Source of the DNA: Podarcis pityusensis | Lineage: Eukaryota | Strand: one strand, 5' to 3' | Length of the DNA stretch: 64,000 nucleotides | Assembly (NCBI GenBank): GCA_964106645.2 | Contig: OZ067041.1 | Part shown: one piece after another, positions 39,109-51,253 of the stretch | Numbering within the stretch: position 1 is the first letter of the stretch | Layout: every line of letters begins with the position of its first letter | The notes under the pieces: model-generated | The model's database searches: none | The model's input: only the letters and a program-made list of their open reading frames with translations | Told to the model about the DNA's origin: nothing | Position numbers and translations under genes: made by a program

Positions 39109-40135
39109 GCATTCTGTGTGCAGAATGAAGTAGAACAGTTTGTGGGCCCAGAAAATACAACACATGAGCATACTTGAGCATTCAAGTAAGTTGTTTGCTT
39201 CTATTTCTTGAGTTAGACTTTCTGGTTGGATGACAAGCCAAAGTACTGCCTAAACAACTAGTGCTAATTGGGTTGACACCTAGTGCTGGTTGGGCTGACT
39301 CAGGTTCCCTAAAGTTACAGTCTGGCACCCTGAAGAGAAAGGAGGAATGGTGAGCAGATGCTTACCTTCTCTCCCTTCTGCTACTGTTCTCTCTCCTGCC
39401 CTTGCTTTCCCCCACTGTGAGACACGGGGAAGCAAGCAGAAAGAAGCAAGCACAAATGAGAAGGATGCAAAACGGGGAAAGACGCATCATCATCATCTTG
39501 TCTACCTGTGGCTTCGTCACCTTCTCCTTGGGGTAGCAGTGGGGGGGGGGGGTAAGGGATATGTGTGGATCAAGACCACCATATTGCCAAAGATTACTTA
39601 ACAGTCACTGGATCTGTGAAGGTGTCTTCTCTTAGAGTAGTTCTTTCACATTAAAGAAGCCCTAACAATGATGGAGCCAACATTAGTGTGTTACTGTTAG
39701 TTGGAAAATTACATTTCTCTTGGGTTCTTTTTGTAATTTGCACTTGTCACTTAATATTTTTTGTGTAAAAGAAACAATGTTAGAATTAAAGCTGCTGTTG
39801 ATCTCAATGCAATTACTATTTACTAGGTATATAAAAAAGGTTAATTAAAGAAATGTTTATAAGAATTTCATGAATCTCAGGGTTGTATAGTGCAATGTAT
39901 TTAATTTTTTAATTTGCAGACATTTATGACTTGATTAAGCTAGACACAATTTAGGAGCTGTATAGTACAACTATACTTAGTCTTACATCTAAAATTATAG
40001 CTACGGTGTTTAAGAAATTTCCATTGATAAGCCTTAAAAACAGACTAATTTCACTTTTCTATAATTGTGAAATATTTTAAATCTATCCCACTACACAGTT
40101 CATTGTGTCTGATTCTTTGTATGGCATTATAGATA

Positions 40136-41030
40136 CAGTGGTGCCTCGCAAGACGAAATTAATTCGTTCCGCAAGTCTCTTCGTCTTGCGAGTTTTTCGT
40201 CTTGCGATGCACGGTTTCCCATAGGAATGCATTGAAAATCAATTAATGCGTTCCTAGGGAAACCGCCTTCAGACCAGGTCCGGGGACAGTCTGTCCCCGG
40301 ACCTCTTCTGAAGGCTGGGGGGGGGGGGGGGACAAGGGCTTTTCTTCCCACCCCCAGCATTTAAAAAAACCCCGGGACAGCGGAGGACTTCTCCGCTGTC
40401 CGGGCGATCTTAAAATGCTGGCGGGCGGCATTTTAAAATCGCCCCGGGACAGCGGAGGACTTCTCCGCTGTCCGGGGCGATTTAAAAGCCCCTGGGAAGG
40501 CGGGCAGGGGGGACAAAGACTTTCGCCCCCCGCCCGCCTTCAGAAGGTGTTCCCGCCCCCCGCCCCGCTTCGGAGCAGCGTTCCGAAGCGGGGCGGCTGG
40601 GGCAGGTGTTCCCGCCCCCCCGCCCCGCTTCGGAGCACCGGGAGAAGCGATCTCCCCGCAGCCCCTTGCTTCAAAAGAGGTCCGGGGGCAGCGGGAAGCG
40701 CAGCGCTTCTTCCCCGCTGCCCCCGGACCTCTTTTGAAGCAAGGGGCGGTGGGGAGAAGCGATCTCCCCGCAGCCCCTTGCTTCAAAAGAGGTCCGGGGG
40801 CAGCGGGAAGCGCTTCCCGCTGTCCCCGGACCTGGGGCTGCGGGGAGAAGATCGCTTCTCCCCGCCGCCCCTTGCTTCAAAAGAGAAGACCTGCTGTCCC
40901 CGGGGCAAGCTTCGTTTTGCGAAGCAAGCCCATAGGGAAATTCGTCTTGCGAGGCAACTCGAAAACGAAAAAACCTTTTGTTTTGCGAGTTTTTCGTCTC
41001 GCGAGGCGTTCGTCTTGCGGGGTACCACTG
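40136..41030. mobile_element. 895-bp Tc1/pogo-like non-autonomous DNA transposon with GC-rich palindromic core
   Basis: TA TSD; TIR cagtggtgcctcgcaagacgaa / ttcgtcttgcggggtaccactg; subterminal cgtcttgcga repeats. Confidence 0.9.
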
Positions 41031-41130
41031 TACTAAGGATGAGCAGCTATAAAATTCAGAAAATGTGGTTCTGATTTGGGTCAATTATATCAAACTACTT
41101 TTGATACAATTATATCAAACTACTTACTGT

Positions 41131-41321
41131 CTGACAGTAAGAGCTGTTCGACAGTGGAATTTGCTGCCAAGGAGTGTGGTGGAGTTTCCTTCATTGGAGG
41201 TCTTTAAGCAGAGGCTTGACAACCATATGTCAGGAGTGCTCTGATGGTGTTTCCTGCTTGGCAGGGGGTTGGACTCGATGGCCCTTGTGGTCTCTTCCAA
41301 CTCTATGATTCTATGATTCTA
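41131..41321 (+). mobile_element. CR1 3' end (~190 bp), near-identical to the copy at 34188; followed by (TTTC)n to ~41367
   Basis: Reverse complement of ~34188-34386; attctatg tail. Confidence 0.92.
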
Positions 41322-41326
41322 CTTTT

Positions 41327-41366
<40 letters not shown>

Positions 41367-42149
41367 TATTTTAATCCAGTACAGGCTCCAGTTCTGAAAC
41401 TTAACTGGATGATATCCAACATTAGCCATATGTAGAACAGACCCATTTAAATCAGTGGACTTAAGTGGTTCTGCTCTGAGTATGTCTGAGATTAGTTGAA
41501 ATTTTTACGGAAAATTATTGGGGGTTACAATTCTGAGTTTCAAGTTTGCAATGCACCTTTAATACTTGTATTCTTGTTAAAATGTACTATTTTTATATAA
41601 AAACGAGTGAATGGCAGCATTTGAAAATCCTAAAGTTCTTGAAATCTTCAAGACTATTTTTGAAATTACACATCAAAGACTTTTTTGTATTACTTTGCCT
41701 TTGGCAAAAAGGTGGAGGAGCTCCTTTCCAAGCAAAACAAACAACCAAAAATCCTGACAGCTATCCTGGAAACAGAATGCCACCTGTATGTACAACTATA
41801 AAAAACAAAAACAAAATGCTTGCTAAAAAGGACAGACGTTTCATTTTGTGAAAATGTTTTGTAAGGTCATTCAATATGCAGTCTTGTCTTGATATCAGTA
41901 CAATGCAGTCAGCTTCCATTAATGTTTCACTGTAGGTGTGGGGAACTTTTGCCCCTCCAGATGCTGCTAAAGTGCTACTCCAGTCAGCCCTAGCCAGAAT
42001 GCCCATTGGCCAAGGATGTTGGGAGCTATAATTCAGCAACACCTGAAGAACCAAAGGTTGCCCACACCTGTTCTATGGGCTGTTGCTTCTTCTTTGCCTT
42101 TAACAACAGGTCGTGTTAGCAGGTAGTCACATTGGCCGCCATGTTTTCC

Positions 42150-42645
42150 AGTCACCCTTGCTGCTACTGATCCAGGTTTAAGTTTATTGTATTGATTTAC
42201 AAAGCCCAGAATAACTTGGGTCCAGGATATATCTCAGGGATTGCCTTAACCCTTTATAATCCAGCTTGATCACTAAGATCATCTGCACGAGCATCTTTGG
42301 TCATTTCCTGAGTTGGTGAGGCTCATTTGATATCAACAAGAAACCAAGCCTTCAGGGCCATCGGTCCAGGCCTATGCAACATCCTGCCAATAGAGATTCA
42401 GCTGGGCATGTTCTGTGCCAACTTTTAAACACATGCTGAAAACTTTTGGGACAGACCTATGCAAACAATTAAGAGTGCATTCACCACAATCGTCTATTGA
42501 TGTTTATTTTTAATTTATTTTTGCTTTTGTTTTTAACTTGTAAAGTGATAAGCTTTACTTTTTTATACTGTTAAAAACTGCTGTAATATATTTTTAATGA
42601 TACAGCAGTATATAAGTATTTTTATAAATAAACAATAAATAAAGT
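42150..42645 (+). mobile_element. Degraded L2 3' end
   Basis: atttacaaagcccagaataacttgggtccaggatat reads as an IYKA..LGPGY motif; A-rich tail. Confidence 0.6.
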
Positions 42646-44284
42646 GAAAACAATGAACCACACGGCTATAATCGCCAATATACCTACAAGCTTTTCTCAG
42701 CTGACACTAGAAATTTCTGCAGAATTTTGAAATTCCTGTTTTGCCAGCAAGGCACATAAGACACCCTCCAGTTGGTGCAAAGAGTGAAATCCAGTGCATA
42801 ATTCACCTACAGAACAGAAAGCAAAATCCTTGTGAGAGGTGAGGGCCGATTGTATATAACTTTGCTGTACTGCATGCTCAAGACATCATGAGTTTAGTGC
42901 CATCTGGAAGTGTGTGTGTGTGTTGGATTTGAACATCTCTCCTTTTTGTTATTTAAAGAGATTTCTTTTTTCATTGACACGGGGGTGGGCAACCATTGTA
43001 CCATGGTTAAAATTTGGTAGAGGTGGCCAGGTCCGGATAAAAATGGCTAGAGGTTGGATCTAGCCCATGGGCTATATGCTGGGGATTGCTGGATTAAGCA
43101 GAATTTCACCACTGCACACTTCCTTGATGCCTCATCAGTAACTCAAAGGCTGGATATTTCCTTTGGCTGAATTACCTCTATCAGATAGAGCAGTTGGAGA
43201 CGATCAACCTGCCATTGATAAAGATCTGAACCCGTCCTTGCTTTTTTCAAGATCTGCTCCTCTCTCAAGCTGGTCAATAATGTCAAGCTGTGATTTATTT
43301 TTTTAAGGGAGAAAATAAAACCTGTATTGTTGCTGGGGTCATGCAGGAAAATGTTATCCATGACAGCTGTCAGGAAGAGAGAGAGAGAGTTGGCTGGCTG
43401 GCAACAGAATTTCAACTGACTTGTTAACAAACACATTTCTGAGAGTCAGGATCCCTGTAGGCTTAGGAGCTCAGGAAGGAATATAGAGCACTGTTCTGGC
43501 AAAAGAATAGCTCTCTCTTCACCTGACTGCAAATCTTAACAATCATGTTGAGAGTGAGATTGAAAGAGGAATTGCTTGCTTTCAGCACCTGTCTCTCTGC
43601 CTTTACATCATCTCCAAGTAAGTTATTTATTCTGCTGCTTAAAGAATGATGCAATAATCGTAACAAATCAATTTCATTAAGGTAGCAGGAAATATTTCCT
43701 GAAGAGTAATTCAATTTCGTCTACCGCCAGACTTGGAACAGGTTCACACATACACATACATCCCTTGATCATCAGATTACTTGACATTTGGCCAAATGTG
43801 TGAATTACCTCTGCTGAAAAGTGTTTATCCATCACCACCATGTTAATAAGTGATTGCTCATTAAGTACATCAGAAGCAGGGAACCCAACGGGAAGATGGC
43901 TGGAATGTCAGTTGCTACCAAAGGAGTGACAGAACTTCTAAAGGTCGGTTGCACAGAAGCAGCATACATTTCTTTGTATGTGTCTCCATTGTAGAAAGTG
44001 CAGCAGGGAGAATTGGTTGGGATGGCTACATCCAAAAATGTCTTAGCCCCCCCCCCCCCAGAAAGTAGATAGTGAGCACCTGTAGTATCTCAACAGGAGC
44101 ACTGTTTCACAGACTTGGGGCTGCTGTACTGAAAAGTCTGCTCCGAATCATTATTCTAAACATTGTGACTTGAGACACTTGTCTTAACTGATAAAAAGTA
44201 GTGTGTGCCATAGATGTCAGTTTGGCTTCAAGTTATAGCAAAGATCCATGAGCCCCTCCATACTGCAAACCTGATACTTTAGGG

Positions 44285-45297
44285 CAGTGTTTTTCAACCT
44301 TTTTTGGGCAAAGGCACATTTGTTTCATGAAAAAAATCACGAGGCACACCACCATTAGAAAATGTTAAAAAATTTAACTCTGTGCCTATATTAACTATAT
44401 ATAAAGTAATTCTCTTGAATAGGAATCAAATAAACACAAAGTATTTTATAATTACTTTATTATGAAATAGTAAGTAAACAGAAATATGAAAAATTATAAA
44501 ATACTTTATTCAGTGTGCAACCTGGGCCTGTTTGGCTGAACACAAAGCTGATATTCTGGCTGGAATCGAAGAAAGACACACACGTAGCTCTTCGTCAACA
44601 GCTCTCAGTCTCTCTCTGTATTTAGTTTTTATAGCAATCATGCTTGAAAAGCTCATCTCTCACAGATATGTAGTGGAAAATGGGAGCAATGTCAAAATAG
44701 CTTTGTTTGCCAGAAGGGGGAACTCCTTGGCAGTATCCAACCAAAAACTGTCCAAAGGTAGATCAGCAAATCTTAGCTTGAAACCACGATTTTGTCTCAG
44801 TTCAGTTAGTTCCTCCTGCTCCTGTAAAGTCATGTCCTTTCCACCAAATGATGCTGAGCTATAAGGGTCCCTAACCCAGTCAAGGCATTCAGTGGAGACT
44901 GAAGAGAAATAAAATGACAACTTCTCCGGTCCTCCTGGTGACTCGAGTCGCGACGTCTTCTTCTCTCCGCTGCTGCGCACACTGTGCTCGGGCGGGAAGG
45001 AAGTCAGAAGATGATGTCCTACTGTGATAGGTCCAGGCTGGAGTCTGGACTAATCACAGCCTGGACATTAGAAAAGTGGAGGGTGTCCCCCTGAGGAGCG
45101 CCAATTGGCGCCCCTGCTGGCCGAGGGTGGGGTCAAAAACCCACCCCCCATACCTAGGACACAGTCCGGCGCCCGCCTAGTGGGCAAAAATTATTTTTTA
45201 AAAAAAATCTTTTGAATTTTTCAATTTTTCCCACGGCACACTAGGCAACATCTTGCGGCACACTAGTGTGCCGCGGAACAGTGGTTGAAAAACACTG
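44285..45297 (-). mobile_element. 1013-bp hAT (Buster/Charlie-type) internal-deletion derivative
   Basis: Perfect 15-bp TIR cagtgtttttcaacc / ggttgaaaaacactg; perfect 8-bp TSD ctttaggg at 44277 and 45298. Confidence 0.93.
44510..44925 (-). pseudogene. hAT transposase C-terminal (dimerisation-domain) remnant
   Basis: WVRDPY...EQEEL...FWL...[39 protein letters not shown]...[11 protein letters not shown]; single TGA at the conserved Cys of TYLCE. Confidence 0.88.
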
Positions 45298-46500
45298 CTT
45301 TAGGGGCAATCTTTTTTCTGTTGAGGGGCCACATGCTTGTGGTAGATAGAGCCAGAGCCGTGAACAAAGGGGTTATTGCAAGTTTGGTGAGGGTTTAGGC
45401 TGCATGATGCCTGAGCTCCTAATTCCTGGATACAGCAAGGGCTAACATCTAATGGGGAATCCAACTGTTGAATTAACCAGGCAAGGCCCATAATGGTCCC
45501 TAAATAGTGTAAGAAAGAAAGAAGCTTTGTGCCAGATGGCAAATGGTTGAGCCCTCTACCTCACCTGCCTGGTAGTGTGAAGGCCAATAGCCAGAGAGTG
45601 GCTCCTGGAAAGACCAGAGCCCTTCATTTGTTTGAAGAACAAACCCATTCCCTTTTTTTTCATTTCCCCATGGTGCTTCTCCTCAAGAATATCATTTTAA
45701 GCAACATACTTGTCAACCACAACGGTGAAACATACGTGTCACTTTCTTCTTTAAGTTGTTCTCTCCTTGTAGTTCATCAACATTATTTATTACTTGTCCA
45801 GATTTCTAGTAGGGTATTCATTCTTTTAGCAATTTGCATTATTTATTGAAATGGCTTGCTCCTACGTGACATCATTTGTAGCAATTATGGGGTTTGGCAT
45901 AATAGCTACGTGATGCCTCGGATGTCGCGTGGAAATGAATGATGACAAAATCCTGTCCCGGTGGTTAACACTGATGTATTGCTGTGAACTTTAAGATCTC
46001 TAATACATTTGATTTTTCCTCATGTTTTCATAATGCTTCAGCATAGAAAGCGACTTTTGGGCTTAGGTCATATTCAAGTCATAGCATAATGTCTGGCACT
46101 TATCTGACATGTGTCTCTGTAGTCCTGTAATTCCAAAGGTGAATTGCTATCAAGTTTCTCCAATAGTTACTAAATTAAAATATAGAGAACAATAACGAGT
46201 CTGTAGCTGATATGAGTAGAACCATTCTGCCTCTTTAAGTCTGATCTTGTGAGCAGCATTCACTGTTCTGCCATCATTGATATGAGATTCTGATCACTGA
46301 ACTGAGATCCCCTGGATAGGGGTTCCTGAATAGGGGTGGGGAAGAAATTTGATTCAGTTCACATTGAAAGGAGAAGCTGCCTAAAATCACACTGTCCAAA
46401 CAATAAGAAAACTGAAACACAGCCATCCTTCAACATTCAGATTCCTCCAAATCTTTCAGTGTAGTTCTCTAGCCAAGTATTGTGTCCAAAAATGCATATA

Positions 46501-46950
46501 CAGTGGTGCCTCGCAAGACGAAAAGAATCCGTTCCGCGAGTCTCTTCGTCTTGCGGGTTTTTTTGTCTTGTGAAGCAAGCCCATTGGTTTAGCGGATTAG
46601 TGCTACAGTACTGTATTAGCAGCTTAGCGGGCTTAGTGGATCAGCTGATAAGCGGCTTAAGGATCAGCTGATAAGCGGCTTAGCATCAGCTGTTAAGCGG
46701 CTTAAAGATCAGCTGATAAGCGGCTTAGCATCAGCTGATAAGCGGCTTAGCCATCAGCTGATAAGCGGTTTAGCGGCTTGGGAAAAAGGGGGGGGGGAGG
46801 AAAAAAACCCCGCAGGAACTCGCAAGACATTTTCGTCTTGCGAAGCAAGCACATAGGAAATTCGTTTTGCGAAGCACCTCCAAAACGGAAAACCCTTTCG
46901 TCTAGCGGGTTTTCCGTCTTGCGAGGCATTCGTCTTGCGGGGCACCACTG
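46501..46950. mobile_element. 450-bp Tc1/pogo-like MITE, same ends as the 40136 element, tandem-repeat core
   Basis: TA TSD; cagtggtgcctcgcaagacgaa / ttcgtcttgcggggcaccactg. Confidence 0.9.
46640..46775. repeat. Minisatellite, six 22-23-bp units (atcagctgataagcggctta-g)
   Basis: Seen directly. Confidence 0.9.
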
Positions 46951-47299
46951 TACTGAGATAAGATGTGCATCATAATGCACATATTAGTGAACATGGCGTA
47001 CAAATATGCTTTAGATTATGGGAAACTGCTTCGCAAAATGAAACCTTAAGGAAGATTGCTTACAAATGTACATATTGGAAATTCACACTGAAATGCTGAT
47101 ATATTTTTATGAGAATTTATTTTTAATCACAAGCTGATGTGAAAATGTAGAGAACTGAAGATCAGAAAATGAGAACCTGAGAGAAAATGAGAACCCCAGT
47201 GACCTCTAGGGGACAAGGCCTTTTCCAGTTTCAGTTTACAGTTTAAACTGAAAACTTTATAAAAAATATTCAAATAAAAGGCCTTTTCCAAATCTAGTA

Positions 47300-47512
47300 C
47301 AGTAGTACCTCGGGTTATAGACGCTTCAGGTTACAGACTCCGCTAACCCAGAAATAGTACCTCAGGTTAAGAACTTTGCTTCAGGATGAGAACAGAAATT
47401 GTGTGGCGGCGGCAACAGGAGGCCCAATTAGCTAAAGTAGTTAAGAACAGTTTCAGGTTAAGAACGTACCTCCAGAACGAATTACGTAAATTCTTAACCT
47501 GAAGTACCACTG
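47300..47512. mobile_element. Tc1/pogo-like MITE (14470 family, opposite orientation)
   Basis: TA TSD; cagtagtacctc / gaagtaccactg. Confidence 0.88.
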
Positions 47513-47681
47513 TAGTGTGCTGGGGATTCAGCTAGGGAATAGTTTGCATCAGGCAGTGTGTTGGTTGGCATCTGTTTGTCTCGGGAGACCATGGAAGGGT
47601 GCACCTTCAGGGCTGAAGTCAAACTATTGGAGAGTTACAGCACCTGCTTAGGCCGTGAGCTCCAGTATGGGAGAGACACGA

Positions 47682-47914
47682 TTCAAGTTACAAGAAAGCA
47701 AATTCTGACGAAACACCAGGAAGAACTTTCTGACAGTAAGAGCTGCTTGACAGTGGAACAGTCTCCCTCGGGAGGTTGTGGACTCTCCTTTCTTGGAAGT
47801 TTTAAGCAGAGGTTGGATGGCCATCTGTCATGGATGCTTTAGTTGAGATTCCTGCATTTCAGGGGGTCGGACTAGATGAGCCTTGAGGTCCCTTCCAACT
47901 CTACAATTCTGTGA
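47682..47914 (+). mobile_element. Older CR1 3' end
   Basis: aggaagaactttctgacagtaagagc...FKQRLDGHL...ccttccaactc. Confidence 0.8.
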
Positions 47915-49652
47915 GTCTATGTTTTGTTGCAGCTGGGCAGGTGAAGGAGTGCAGTTGTTCTGATGTGGCTGCACCATGGCATTTCTCTCTGCGCTCCTCT
48001 TAGCAGTCATTCCTCCTCTAGTTGCTGCTGTGGATACATGGCCTGATTGTCTCTGCAAGGGATTCCCACATGGTGGGGTAATGTGTGCTATTGATTATAA
48101 CACAATCCTCAGCCTGCTTAAGCAGCCATGCTTTCAGTTAATGTAACCTGGTGCTCTCTGGCTGCTTTGACTACAGCTCCCATTAATCCCAGCAAGCGCA
48201 GCTACACTGGTATAGACAATATGGCCATGCTGACTGGGGCTGATAGTTGTTGTCCAAAATAGTTGAAGGGCACCAGGTTGGCAAAGGCTGAAGGCATGTA
48301 CCCTCACCCTGAGTTCAGGATAGTGAATCCATTTAGATGTATGCAAAGAGGTTGGTCGCTGTCATCTAAAACTCCAAATATAATCACCCGATGATCTGTT
48401 TGTTCCCACTCTTTCAAGGGAAGATACAGGAAAGCTGCTAATGAGAGGGCAATTATTTCAGCTGAATGCACTATTTGTTTATAGCTGGTGAAGAAAAACA
48501 ACAACAACCACCCCAGGTTAACCACACACTCAATGCAGTCTGGCAATTAAACAGTTCAATAGCAATAAAACAATTAGATCACAATGGTGAATTTCCATTT
48601 AAAGCTAATTAAAACAGTGTAAAAAGTGATTTGCATTAAGGGAAAACAAATGCAACCATCAATATGCGCTATGAATACAAACAGTGGCTCTGTATCTTAT
48701 GGGTTTTTATGCAGTAATAATTTTAAATGTATTTATTTAAATGAATGCTAGCTGTCCTAGTAACATTTCCTCTGCAGCCTTACCATCTCGGGTGGAAATG
48801 AAGATGAAGGAAGGCGTTCTCTAAAGCAGAGGGCAAAAGAGAGACAGGGCAGCAGAGCACCCAGTTGCTCATCGCATCTTAGCAGTCGTCGATGCCAGAG
48901 AATAATAGGAGCTGGGGAAGAAGGGGAGCAACCACAGGGTAGGAAAGAAGGAAATGCTACACAGGGAGATGGCAAATTAATTCAGGTGAACGTCAAGCAC
49001 ACAAACCAATTAAAGCTAATCATGTTGAAATTCCATTGACACCACTGAGAGAAAGAACATGCTTCCCCATCCATGGGACTGAAAACTGCATAGTGGGGTA
49101 GTGCACAGGCTTCACGTGGGTAGGAAATTGTCTTTCACTGAGATCAGTGGTCCCTCTAGCCAGTATTGTCTATCGACAGGGACTGGCTGGATACTGAGGA
49201 GGGGGCACCGGGAGAAGGTGGGGTTGGAGACTGAATTGGAATAAGGGACCAGTGAACTGAGGGAGCCTGCAACAGCTGAAAGACAAGAGTCGGAGGCAGG
49301 AGGAGCTGCAGGGTTGGAGAGTGAAGGAGAAGAGAGTTCTGCAGCTACTGAGATTTTTCCCAGCCTTGAGGCTTATATCTGATTTGTGGATGGTCAATAC
49401 AGAAGCTGATAGATATGCAGTCATTGTTCTATGTCACATGCTCAAAAATGGTTACCGTTTCCCCACCACCAAGGTGGCAGACTTGCCCACTGCATTTCAG
49501 TACGTTAGACTGCTTGTTAGTGACTCGGCTAGGTTAGCTGATATTAAATTGCATCTCTGATATTAGCACCAGCTTCAGTTCTAAAAGCACCTTTGGCTAC
49601 CTATCATTGAGTGAATGGGCTGTGGGCACTTGATGAGGTAGTCCTATAGCTA

Positions 49653-49707
49653 AAGCTAAGCAGCTATGGTCCTTTAAGCTGCCTGGATGGAAGACCACCT
49701 GGGAACC
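49653..49707 (+). mobile_element. 5S rRNA-derived fragment (SINE3-type head or 5S pseudogene)
   Basis: aagctaagcag...tggatggaagaccacctgggaa resembles the 5S internal control region (GAAGCTAAGCAG...TGGATGGGAGACCGCCTGGGAA). Confidence 0.6.
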
Positions 49708-49837
49708 TTATGGTCCATCTCTAGCTGTTAAATCAGCAGTTTGGAGGTGATAAATGTTTATTTCTGTAATGAAAAGAGTCACTTGCTGATTTCTGTATAT
49801 CATACCTTTATTAAAAGCATACAAACAGGTCAGCCCC

Positions 49838-49839
<2 letters not shown>

Positions 49840-49879
<40 letters not shown>
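49840..49879. repeat. (CA)n microsatellite
   Basis: About 20 units, seen directly. Confidence 0.95.
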
Positions 49880-49882
<3 letters not shown>

Positions 49883-51217
49883 ATTATCCACAAGTATATA
49901 TGAATGGTTCATGTGAAAGTGTGAAAAATGAAACTACGTTGCAAATGTAGAAACTGCCTAATGCCCGGTGGTCATATTATTTGTCTGTCTACCCTGTTAC
50001 ATTCAGAACCTTTTCTGACCAGCCACTCCTGTGCACTTAAATACAAAATCTTTGCCTCTTCCTTGAGACAGAAATATTTCCCGGTCCTGGGGAATTCCAT
50101 GATATTCCCACAGTTGCCACTGTGTGGAGATGTTGTGTCATAATCCCATCCAGACTGTGAACATTGCAGACGGCTCAAGGCTCAGTTGAATTGTCATTGT
50201 CCAAAGTGCTTTTCCTGCCAATTCCATCGTATCATATTCTGAAAAGCTCTGCCTGCATCTTCCTATTGAACCAATATATCTGGTGATACAGAATTTCTTA
50301 CAAACAGCATGTGGCCTGCAATGTTAGGTGCATTTACCTGGGAGTAAGCACTGAACCCAGGGGAACTTGCCTCCATGTAAACATGCATAGGATTACATTT
50401 ATAGTGATTTGCAAGTTGGGGTGCTGTCTGTATTTATCACTTTTGTAAATGGGGTGTCATATTTTTCACATACCCCTCAAAGAATTGATCATTTTTATTT
50501 TTATTTTTAAAAAGTGTGATGGTAGATTGCAAAGTATTACCATATATGCATTTCAACCCTGTTTTTCTATCAAGCGGACACTCAGATGTCTGTATCAGTT
50601 GTGGATTTACCTTCTTGATTATAATCAAGGCAAAGTGTTATTTGCTTTGCTTTTTCCCTGGCACAGGTAAGTGGAGGTTGCATTCAGAATCCAGAGCAGC
50701 GGTTCAAGTGATAGATCTTACTATCTATCCAGGAAGAAAGAAGCATTACGGTCATGACACAACAACAAATAAAACAAAATGTAACAAAGGTGAGAACAAG
50801 CAAACCCTTCACGAATATTATTGGGATACTGATATACAGAGGGTGACAAAAAGCAGGGGTAAACCCTCTGCTGTCCTCCCCTCTTCCTCAGCCAGCTCTT
50901 TGGAAATCCCTCCCTAGAGAAGCTAGACTGGTTTCCTCCTGGCTGTCCTTCCACCAGCAGCTGAAGATAGTTTTATTCTGACAGGATTTTATGGATTGGC
51001 TGTTGTTGTTGTTTTTTTAGGAAAAGGCTTTTGAATTATGCTGTGCTATTTTTCCTAGCTGTATATTAACAGATTTTTTAATATTGTGTTCATTCTATTA
51101 TAGTTTTATTACTTCTTAACTGTTATCTTTCATAGGTTTTTATGAAACATATTCTGTATTTTAGCTGTGTGTTTTTTAATTTGTGTAAGTTGCCATGAGT
51201 CCTGGTCTGCAAAAAGG

Positions 51218-51248
<31 letters not shown>

Positions 51249-51253
51249 TATTA

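Noticed and set aside
40415-41084. 219-aa and other ORFs with repeated peptides
   Set aside because: Translations of the GC-rich repeat core of a MITE; no transposase similarity.
46640-46775. CRISPR-like look of short palindromic repeats
   Set aside because: No unique spacers, vertebrate genome, no cas genes; it is a tandem minisatellite inside a MITE.
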